This document shows, piece after piece, positions 14,898 to 21,993 of a stretch of DNA of 23,190 bases. Both the position numbers and the translations under genes were made by a program. Numbering within the stretch: position 1 is the stretch's first letter; every line of letters begins with the position of its first letter. The stretch lies in the NCBI GenBank assembly GCA_038735675.1, contig JAVYNJ010000009.1:1-23190 (forward strand). Reading direction: 5' to 3'. The stretch is from Nanopusillaceae archaeon (GTDB lineage: Archaea; Nanobdellota; Nanobdellia; Nanobdellales; Nanobdellaceae). Under the pieces are notes generated by a model. It had not been told where the DNA came from, did not search any database, and was given only the letters and a program-made list of their open reading frames with translations.

Positions 14898-15574
14898 GAT
14901 CTATAAGTTGGATTGAATTTTTAATAACTTTTTTTGTTTTTATAATAGCCTTTTATATGTTATTTAATAATTTAACATTCGTAATTTTTAATTCAAAGTC
15001 TCAAGCTGCAGATGTGAATTATTTTCAGAAATTTTTAATTAGTTCTTACTATTATATTCAGAAAGGAGAAATAAATATGATAAAATCTCTCTTTATTAAT
15101 CTGAATACTAGTTTATCTAATTATGAAATCTTAGAGTTTTTAATTCTTCCACAGAAAAATATTAGTTGTTTTAATTGCTTATATGCATTTTATGATCTTT
15201 CAGATGAAAGCATAAATATAGTACAAAACTCTTCAATAAACATTCATTCTAGGATTGATTTAAAATTAATAGTGAATAAAATGTTTTTTAATTTTACAAA
15301 TAATTCTGAAATTAGATGTTTCAATTATTTAGATTTGATGGATGAGTTAATTATATTTTGTTCTATATCTTTGTATGGAAATTCTTCAGTTAAATTTTTC
15401 CCTGCAAAAAATTATGTTTATTTTAATTTAATAGATTCTTTTTTAGATTTTTATGACGGAGAAAGATATTATAATAGTACTAAGGGTTTATCTAGAATTT
15501 ATGCAAGGAAATTTTTTGAATTTTATATTAATAGGGGCAATTCAGTGGTAAGAAATATTTTTATTATTAACTAA
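14894..15574 (+). CDS. Hypothetical protein with N-terminal hydrophobic anchor (possible pilin-like or FlaF/G-like accessory protein)
   Basis: ATGA overlap with the upstream platform gene. N-terminus MRSISWIEFLITFFVFIIAFYMLF. Four Cys and several sequons (NLT, NTS, NIS, NSS, NFT, NNS, NSS, NST). Confidence 0.55.
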   Translation: MRSISWIEFLITFFVFIIAFYMLFNNLTFVIFNSKSQAADVNYFQKFLISSYYYIQKGEINMIKSLFINLNTSLSNYEILEFLILPQKNISCFNCLYAFYDLSDESINIVQNSSINIHSRIDLKLIVNKMFFNFTNNSEIRCFNYLDLMDELIIFCSISLYGNSSVKFFPAKNYVYFNLIDSFLDFYDGERYYNSTKGLSRIYARKFFEFYINRGNSVVRNIFIIN

Positions 15575-15586
15575 ATTAGATATTAA

Positions 15587-16375
15587 ATGAGTTTAGATGT
15601 GATCATAATGGCTGGTGGATTTGCTAGAAGACTGAAGCCAATATCGGATTTTATGCCGAAACCTTTATTGCATATAGATGGAGTTCCGCTTATAAATTAT
15701 GTTTTAAGGCCCGTATTAGAATTAGAATATAAAAAAATAATTATTTCTACTAATGAAAAATTTGAAAATTCTTTTAGATATTGGATGAACACTCAAAAAG
15801 AATTATATAAGAATAATCTGCCTATATTTCTTTCTGTAGAGCATTCAAAGTCAGAAGAAGAAAAATTGGGGGCTGTGGGTGGTTTATGGTATACAATACG
15901 TTTATATAATTTAGATATTGGTAAAAATGATCTTTTAGTGATTTTAGGAGATAATTTATTTGATTTTGATTTAAAGGAGTTTGTTAGTAATGGTAAGAGA
16001 TATCAAAAAGTAACAATAGGAACATATAATATTGGTGATAAAGAAAATGCAAAGAAATATGGAGTTGTATCTTTAGATAAAAATAAAAAAGTAATAGAAT
16101 TTGTTGAAAAACCGGAAGATCCAAAATCTACAATTATTTCTGTAGGTATCTATTATTTTCCAAATGAAAAAATAAATAAAATTGGAGATTTTATAGATAA
16201 AAATAAAGATAAAGATGCAATAGGAAGATTAATTGAGTGGCTAGTAAAAAATGATGAAGTTTATTCTTATATGTTTTTTGGCAATTGGTTCGATATTGGA
16301 ACACCGGAATCTTATATTGCAGCTAACGAATGGGCTAGATCAAAAAATCTTGGAAGAAGATGGCTTTGGCCATAA
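15587..16375 (+). CDS. Sugar-1-phosphate nucleotidylyltransferase (NTP-transferase family, RmlA/GalU/AglF-like)
   Basis: N-terminal IIMAGGFARRLKPISDFMPKPLLHIDGVPLINYVL (GGxGxRLxPxxxxxPKPLxxIxGxP pattern). Also ILGDNLFDFDL and YGVVSLDKNKKVIEFVEKPEDPKSTIISVGIYYF. Sugar and nucleotide specificity cannot be read from the sequence. Confidence 0.8.
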   Translation: MSLDVIIMAGGFARRLKPISDFMPKPLLHIDGVPLINYVLRPVLELEYKKIIISTNEKFENSFRYWMNTQKELYKNNLPIFLSVEHSKSEEEKLGAVGGLWYTIRLYNLDIGKNDLLVILGDNLFDFDLKEFVSNGKRYQKVTIGTYNIGDKENAKKYGVVSLDKNKKVIEFVEKPEDPKSTIISVGIYYFPNEKINKIGDFIDKNKDKDAIGRLIEWLVKNDEVYSYMFFGNWFDIGTPESYIAANEWARSKNLGRRWLWP

Positions 16376-16383
16376 TTTTTAAA
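16376..16383 (+). promoter_or_regulatory. TATA-like TTTTTAAA at -33..-26 of tRNA-Lys
   Basis: Same register as for tRNA-Thr and tRNA-Asp. The proximal 8-mer ATAATTAT directly abuts the tRNA 5' end, as it does at tRNA-Thr. Confidence 0.35.
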
Positions 16384-16408
16384 AATAATATATTATTTTC
16401 ATAATTAT

Positions 16409-16482
16409 GGGCCCGTAGCTCAGCTTGGTAGAGCGACGGGCTTTTAACCCGTAGGTCCGGGGTTCAAATCCCCGCGGGCCCG
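16409..16482 (+). tRNA. tRNA-Lys (anticodon UUU), 74 nt, no encoded CCA, no intron
   Basis: Acceptor GGGCCCG/CGGGCCC. D arm GCTC-AGCTTGGTA-GAGC. Anticodon arm ACGGG-CTTTTAA-CCCGT. Variable loop AGGTC. T arm CGGGG-TTCAAAT-CCCCG. Discriminator G. Confidence 0.93.
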
Positions 16483-16483
16483 C

Positions 16484-17311
16484 TTAATTAAATAAAAAGG
16501 CTTTTAGTAGAATAAATATCAAAATTAAAAAGAAAATTATAGTAAAAGCAATATTTAAAAGTTTTACAAAATTTCTGTTATTATCTTTAATTAATCTTTT
16601 GTATGATCGCAAATAAAGCAGTAAAATTATAAAGTAGGCTATTGTAAAAGTTGATAAAAATAGATTTTGGAAATCTCTGTATAAATAAAATGCCGTTATC
16701 AAAGATAAAAGAGGATATATCGTATAATATAATATTTTTCTTACAATGTCAAATTCATTATAATATTTATGAAAATAATAAAAAGCACTGTAAATTATTG
16801 AAATATAAACAAAAAATAAAATAATAGTGGAATTTAGAATAAAAGAATTATATACGAAATAATATGTAGCATATAATTTGAAAAAAGATAGAAATATTAA
16901 AGAAAATTCCCTTAAATTTCTATTATGAAAGAAACTTCTGAAAATACCAATAGAAATATTTATTAAAGTTAAAATAACTCCAATAATATCCTTTAGTAAA
17001 GATAAAATAGTTAGAGAAATTATAGAATGAATTATCCCAAAAGCTAATAGTTCATTTTTACTTAAAATAAGTTTATTAGGATGTATAATTTTTCTTTTAA
17101 GATCTCTTTCCCTATCAATATAATCATTAAAAAAGTAAATTGACATATATCCCAAATAAAAGATAAAGATCTTTTGAATAGAATGAAGAAAATTAATTTT
17201 CGATTCTAGATAAATATAAAGAACAATAGTATAGTATAGTAGCATTTTTGTAAAGTTTCCGAATAAGTATTTTATATAAGTATAAGTTATTTTTTTGAAT
17301 TTTTCATTCAT
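16484..17311 (-). CDS. Polytopic membrane protein, divergent UbiA-prenyltransferase-like
   Basis: First Asp-rich motif FFNDYIDRERDLKRKIIHPNK resembles UbiA NDxxDxxxD...R.RP. The second Asp-rich motif is not clearly present (only YNEFD). About 8 TM segments. The stop codon begins 1 nt after the tRNA-Lys 3' end (convergent). Confidence 0.45.
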   Translation of the reverse strand: MNEKFKKITYTYIKYLFGNFTKMLLYYTIVLYIYLESKINFLHSIQKIFIFYLGYMSIYFFNDYIDRERDLKRKIIHPNKLILSKNELLAFGIIHSIISLTILSLLKDIIGVILTLINISIGIFRSFFHNRNLREFSLIFLSFFKLYATYYFVYNSFILNSTIILFFVYISIIYSAFYYFHKYYNEFDIVRKILYYTIYPLLSLITAFYLYRDFQNLFLSTFTIAYFIILLLYLRSYKRLIKDNNRNFVKLLNIAFTIIFFLILIFILLKAFLFN

Positions 17312-17436
17312 TTTCTATAAATTCTTAGAATAAACTTTTTTAAACTTCGTTAATTTTATCATTAAGACTTATAATAATACTTATTAATTTTTGAATTTAA
17401 GTAAAAATGTTTCTTACAATTTAAAAAATGTAGTAT

Positions 17437-18777
17437 TCAGGGATATAGCCATCCCTCTCTTAATCTTGGAAATGGTAAGGTGTCTCTAATATGTTCTAAT
17501 TTACATATCCACATAGTAAATCTTTCTAATCCTAATCCCCATCCAGCATGTGGAATAGATCCATATTTCCTTAAATCTAAATACCAATCATATGAATTTA
17601 TTTCAATATCTCCAATTTTAACTTTTAATTTATCTAAATTCCATTCTTTTATCTTTCTTTCAAGTATATCATATCTCCATTCTCTTTCAGACCCTCCAAT
17701 AATCTCTCCATATCCTTCTGGTGCTAATAAATCAAAATTTTTTACAGTACCATCTCCTATATCACACATATAAAATGCCTTTATTTCTCTAGGATAATAC
17801 ATTAAAAATATTGGAACTTTATATTCTTGAGTTAATATTTTTTCTTCATCTGCACCTAGATCGTCTCCATATTTTACATTTAATCCTTTGTCTTGTAATA
17901 TTTTTATAGCATCTTTATATTTCATTTTAATCCATTTTTCTTCAACAAAATTCTTTAAATCTTCTATTTTTCTTCCAGTAAACTTTTCTAATAGCTCAAA
18001 GTCATCTTTTCTTTCCTTTATTGTGTTTTCTATAGAATATTTTAAAGATTCTTCAGTAACTTTTATTAAATCATCTAAATCATACCATGCGGCTTCTATT
18101 TCAAAATGCCAATATTCATGTAAGTGTCTTCTAGTTCTAGATTTTTCAGCTCTAAATGATGGGGTTAAAGAAAATACTTTTTCTAAAGAATATATTAAAG
18201 CTTCTAAATATAGTTGTGCGGATTGTGATAAATATGCTTTATCTCCAAAATAGTTTACTTCAAATAATGTTGTTGTTTCTTCACATGCATTTCCTACTAA
18301 AATTGGAGGATGTACTTCATACCATCCATCATTTATGTACCATTCTCTTAAATATTTTAATAAAGAATGTTTTATTTTTAAAACAGAAGTAAACCATCTT
18401 GTTCTTATCCATAAGTGTCTAAACCTTTGAATAGTTTCTATACTTTCATCTCCTTTTAATGGAAATGGTTCTCCTGAATTTATTATTTCTATCTTTTTTG
18501 CTTCAATTTCATATCCTGTTGGTGCTCTTTCATCTTTTCTTAAAATTCCAAATATTTTTATAGATCCTTCTATTTGCATATTCAAAGCTTTTTTCCAATC
18601 ATCCTCACTAACAGAATCTTTTTTAACAACTACCTGAATAATATTTGTAGAATCTCTAATAACAAAAAATATTTTATCTTTCATATCTCTCATTCTATAT
18701 ATCCATCCTATTACTTCTACTTCTTTTCCAACAAATTCATCCTTTAAAATATCTTTTATAAAAAGATTTTTCATCAT
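17437..18777 (-). CDS. asnS: Asparaginyl-tRNA synthetase (class IIb, archaeal type)
   Basis: N-terminal OB-fold anticodon-binding domain (VEVIGWIYRMRDMKDKIFFVIRDSTNIIQVV). Motif 2 region FRAEKSRTRRHLHEYWHFEIE. EGYGEIIGGSEREWR. AsnRS-typical WYLDLRKYGSIPHAGWGLGLERF. The Asn versus Asp assignment rests on these strings only. Confidence 0.8.
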   Translation of the reverse strand: MMKNLFIKDILKDEFVGKEVEVIGWIYRMRDMKDKIFFVIRDSTNIIQVVVKKDSVSEDDWKKALNMQIEGSIKIFGILRKDERAPTGYEIEAKKIEIINSGEPFPLKGDESIETIQRFRHLWIRTRWFTSVLKIKHSLLKYLREWYINDGWYEVHPPILVGNACEETTTLFEVNYFGDKAYLSQSAQLYLEALIYSLEKVFSLTPSFRAEKSRTRRHLHEYWHFEIEAAWYDLDDLIKVTEESLKYSIENTIKERKDDFELLEKFTGRKIEDLKNFVEEKWIKMKYKDAIKILQDKGLNVKYGDDLGADEEKILTQEYKVPIFLMYYPREIKAFYMCDIGDGTVKNFDLLAPEGYGEIIGGSEREWRYDILERKIKEWNLDKLKVKIGDIEINSYDWYLDLRKYGSIPHAGWGLGLERFTMWICKLEHIRDTLPFPRLREGWLYP

Positions 18778-18789
18778 ATTTTTTATATT

Positions 18790-19590
18790 TTATAATTCAA
18801 ATATTTTGCCTATTATTCTTGGAAATGGTTGAACTTCATATATTGTTTTTCTTCTAGTAACCCATCTAACAAATCTTTCAATACCAATTCCAGCACCAGC
18901 TGAAGGCTTTAATAATCCTTCTTTAGCTAAATCTAATAGTAATCTATAATTTTCAGGATTTAATCCTGATCTTTCCATCTTTTTTAAAATTTTTTCATAT
19001 TCATATTCTCTTTCTCCACCAGATAAAACCTCTCCATATCCTTCTGGCAATATTAAATCATAGTTTATCCATTTTCCATCTATCTCTAGATCATAAAATT
19101 GCCTAGGAATGTTAGTTACCCAAACAGGATCTTTAATTTCTATAGAAATTTTTTCTTCCCAATTTTTTCCAAAATCTTTTTCTAAGTCTTCTCTATCATA
19201 AATCTTGAAGGGTTTTTTAGGTATTCTAATTTCTGTATCTAATAATTCTTTAACATCTTTTTTTACATATTTTAAAGTTTCAATTAGCATCTCTTCAACT
19301 AATTTAAATACATCTTTATATTTTCCATATGCTATTTCAAAATCTAATTGTGTAAATTCATAAGAATGTCTATTTGTTTTTAGTTTTTCTAAAACTTCTA
19401 ATCTTATACATGGTGACAAGAAAAATATTTTTTCATAACCCGAAGATACTAAAATTCTCTTATGTATTATTAAACTTCTTGTTAATGTTGCCTTTTCTCC
19501 ATATATTGTAACTTCTAAAAATTCTGGTATATCATTTTCATTTATATTGCTTCTTAATGGATCTGTAAGCTTAGAAGTTATTATTGGCAA
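18790..19590 (-). CDS. AsnRS/AspRS catalytic-core paralog lacking the anticodon-binding domain (archaeal asparagine synthetase A-like); true N-terminus probably upstream of 19590
   Basis: Class II motifs: RLEVLEKLKTNRHSYEFTQLDFE (motif 2-like), EGYGEVLSGGEREYEYE, and SAGAGIGIERFVRW...PFPR (motif 3). The track start at 19590 is a TTG. The frame stays open up to 19815 and encodes a motif-1-like segment, TKVLEKFTRILVKKGFYWLLPIITS, with no ATG/GTG/TTG in it. Confidence 0.7.
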   Translation of the reverse strand: MPIITSKLTDPLRSNINENDIPEFLEVTIYGEKATLTRSLIIHKRILVSSGYEKIFFLSPCIRLEVLEKLKTNRHSYEFTQLDFEIAYGKYKDVFKLVEEMLIETLKYVKKDVKELLDTEIRIPKKPFKIYDREDLEKDFGKNWEEKISIEIKDPVWVTNIPRQFYDLEIDGKWINYDLILPEGYGEVLSGGEREYEYEKILKKMERSGLNPENYRLLLDLAKEGLLKPSAGAGIGIERFVRWVTRRKTIYEVQPFPRIIGKIFEL

Positions 19591-19768
19591 TAGCCAATAA
19601 AAGCCTTTTTTAACTAATATTCTAGTAAACTTTTCTAAAACCTTAGTGCCGATATATAAAACTGCTTTTGTCTCTCCACTATCTAAATGTTTTATTAAAA
19701 AATCTTTATATGTTCCGACAAGTTTGGAATTCCATAAAAAGTAATTAAAGAGAATTAATTTTTTAAAA

Positions 19769-19776
19769 TTTATATC
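19769..19776 (+). promoter_or_regulatory. TATA-like TTTATATC at -31..-24 of the aIF5B ATG
   Basis: Sequence is ttttaaaaTTTATATCagtttttaatgtattttctataaATG. No Shine-Dalgarno sequence is present. Confidence 0.35.
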
Positions 19777-19799
19777 AGTTTTTAATGTATTTTCTATAA

Positions 19800-21566
19800 A
19801 TGAATATAAGATCTCCTATCATTACTGTACTAGGTCATGTTGATTCTGGAAAAACATCTTTATTAGATTCTATTAGACAAACTTCTTTAGTTGAAAAAGA
19901 AGCAGGAGGAATTACTCAACATATTGGAGCAACGGAAATTCCTATAAAAATAGTTGAAGAAATTTCAAAACCACTGTTAAATGTTTATAAATTTAAATTA
20001 ACCATTCCTTCTTTGTTATTTATTGATACTCCAGGACATGAAGCTTTTAGTAATTTAAGAAAAAGAGGAGGATCTATTGCAGATTTTGCAATAATTGTTG
20101 TAGATATAATTGAAGGAATACAAAAGCAAACAATAGAATCAATTGAAATATGTAAACAATTTAAAGTACCATTTCTGATTGCCTTAAATAAAATTGATAG
20201 AATTGATGGATGGAAACCTCAAAATACATATTTATTTTCAGAATCTATAAAGGTTCAAAGTAATAAAGTTGTTGAAGAATTTGAAAAAAAATTATATGAT
20301 GTAGTTTATAAATTATATGAATTAGGATTTGATTCTGAGAGATTCGATAGAATAAAAGATTTTAGAAAACAAGTTTGTATAGTTCCAGTATCTGCAAAAA
20401 CAAAGGAAGGTTTAGGAGAGCTTTTATTAATAATTTCTGGTTTAGTTCAAAGATTTTTAGAAGAAAAATTAAAAATAAACGTTGAAGGTCCTGGAAAGGG
20501 CGTAATATTGGAAAGAAAAGAAGAAAAAGGTTTAGGAAATATAATTGATGTAATTTTATATGATGGAAAAATAAAAAAAGGAGATTTAATTGCTTTTTTA
20601 ACAAAAGATGGCGTAAAAATAACAAGAATTAAAGGTATTTATAAATGTCAGCCTTTAAAAGATATTAGGTTTAAAACTAAATTTTTTGAAGTTAATGAAG
20701 CTATTGCTGCATCTGGAATTAGAATTTCTGCAGAAAATTTGGAGGAAGCAATTCCAGGATCACATATATATGTTTTAGAATCTGAAAATGATATTGAAAA
20801 AATTAAAAAAGAAATCACTGAAGAGATTTCAGAAATTATTTTTATGTCAGATAAAGTTGGTGTTATAGCTAAAGCAGATACCTTAGGAACATTGGAAGTT
20901 TTAACAAAATTATTAAAAGATAAGGGAATTCCTATTTCAAAATCAGACATAGGAAATATAACAAAAGAAGATATTGTTTTTGCTTTATCAATTAAAGAAA
21001 AAAATCCAGAATACGGGATAATTGTTGGATTTAATATTGGAATTGATAAAAATGCTGAAGATCTTCTAAAGAGTTATAATATTAAAATAATTCTAAATAA
21101 TGTTATCTATAGATTAATAGAGGATATAGAGAGTTATATTTCTAGTTTAAGAAAAGTCAAGATCCCTCAAGATTTACCGCCATTGGCAAAAATACAAATA
21201 TTACCTAAATGTATCTTTAGAAGAAGTAATCCTGCAATAGTCGGAGTAGAAATATTATCTGGAGAAATAAGAAAAGATATGTATTTAATTAATGAAAATG
21301 GAAAGATTATTGGGAGAATTTTATCTATTCAAGAAGAAAAGAAAAATTTAGAATTTGCTAGGAAAGGAGATAAAGTTGCAATATCGATAGATGAAGCTGT
21401 AGTTGGTAGAAATATTGAAGAAGGAAATATATTATATACATTTTTATTGGAGGACCAATTTAGAAAATATAAAGAATATAAAGACTATTTAAGTGAAGAA
21501 CAAAAGGAAATATTGAGAGATATAGCTAGCATAATGAGAAAAGCAAATCCTCTATGGGGAGTATAA
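19800..21566 (+). CDS. infB: Translation initiation factor aIF5B (IF2 homolog)
   Basis: RSPIITVLGHVDSGKTSLLDSIRQTSLVEKEAGGITQHIGATEIP (G1 plus the aIF5B-specific continuation), DTPGHEAF (G3), NKID (G4), VSAKT (G5). Length 588 aa, no intein. Confidence 0.9.
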   Translation: MNIRSPIITVLGHVDSGKTSLLDSIRQTSLVEKEAGGITQHIGATEIPIKIVEEISKPLLNVYKFKLTIPSLLFIDTPGHEAFSNLRKRGGSIADFAIIVVDIIEGIQKQTIESIEICKQFKVPFLIALNKIDRIDGWKPQNTYLFSESIKVQSNKVVEEFEKKLYDVVYKLYELGFDSERFDRIKDFRKQVCIVPVSAKTKEGLGELLLIISGLVQRFLEEKLKINVEGPGKGVILERKEEKGLGNIIDVILYDGKIKKGDLIAFLTKDGVKITRIKGIYKCQPLKDIRFKTKFFEVNEAIAASGIRISAENLEEAIPGSHIYVLESENDIEKIKKEITEEISEIIFMSDKVGVIAKADTLGTLEVLTKLLKDKGIPISKSDIGNITKEDIVFALSIKEKNPEYGIIVGFNIGIDKNAEDLLKSYNIKIILNNVIYRLIEDIESYISSLRKVKIPQDLPPLAKIQILPKCIFRRSNPAIVGVEILSGEIRKDMYLINENGKIIGRILSIQEEKKNLEFARKGDKVAISIDEAVVGRNIEEGNILYTFLLEDQFRKYKEYKDYLSEEQKEILRDIASIMRKANPLWGV

Positions 21567-21567
21567 A

Positions 21568-21577
21568 TTTTTTAAAT
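21568..21577 (+). promoter_or_regulatory. TATA-like TTTTTTAAAT at -30..-21 of the rps6e ATG
   Basis: It lies in the 31-nt gap after infB, which implies rps6e can be transcribed separately as a leaderless mRNA. Confidence 0.3.
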
Positions 21578-21597
21578 GCTTTTAGATTTAAATTATA

Positions 21598-21993
21598 ATG
21601 GCTAAAAAGGGTAAGGAAAATGTTTTCAAAATAGTAATATCTGATCCTAAAAGTGGAAAAGCCATTCAAATAGATTATAATGGAGAATTCTTTATTGGTA
21701 AAAAGATTGGAGATGTTTTTTCAGGGGATGTGATTGGTTTAAATGGATATGAATTAAAAATTACTGGTGGATCTGGATTTGAGGGTGCTCCAATGGTGGA
21801 TTTTATAGAAGGACAGGTTAAAAAATATGTTTGGTGGAAAGAAAAGAAAATAAGATATAAAAAATTAGTTAGAGGTAATGTAATTTCTCCAGAAATAGTT
21901 CAAGTAAATACTGCTATAGTAAAGTATGGAGAAAAACCATTTGAAGATTTATATAAAGAATTTTCTTCTAAGAAACAACAGACTTCATCTTAA
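21598..21993 (+). CDS. rps6e: 30S ribosomal protein S6e
   Basis: FKIVISDPKSGKAIQIDYNGEFFIGKKIGDVFSGDVIGLNGYELKITGGSGFEGAPM matches the S6e pattern (FK.v.sdp..G...q.e......iGk.iGd...G...GL.GY.l.ItGGsD..GfPM). Confidence 0.88.
   Translation: MAKKGKENVFKIVISDPKSGKAIQIDYNGEFFIGKKIGDVFSGDVIGLNGYELKITGGSGFEGAPMVDFIEGQVKKYVWWKEKKIRYKKLVRGNVISPEIVQVNTAIVKYGEKPFEDLYKEFSSKKQQTSS

Noticed and set aside
16409-16482. tRNA-Lys as an integration (att) site delimiting a mobile island
   Set aside because: No second copy of the tRNA 3' half exists elsewhere in the window. The 'ttcaaatcc' strings at 4561 and 4798 belong to the other two tRNAs. No integrase is present. The block may still be an old insertion, but there is no att evidence.
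17480-18392. Three plus-strand ORFs (97, 121 and 78 aa) antisense to asnS
   Set aside because: They overlap each other and the well-supported AsnRS frame. No motifs are present. They are shadow ORFs.
18790-19815. The truncated synthetase as the catalytic half of a split AsnRS
   Set aside because: The adjacent asnS already has both the anticodon-binding OB fold and a complete catalytic core. The short gene is therefore a paralog rather than a missing half. A split AspRS remains a less likely alternative and is noted in the findings.
20362-20950. Two minus-strand ORFs (87 and 100 aa) antisense to infB
   Set aside because: They are fully contained within aIF5B. Their Leu/Phe-rich low-complexity translations are the mirror image of the Lys/Glu-rich sense frame.
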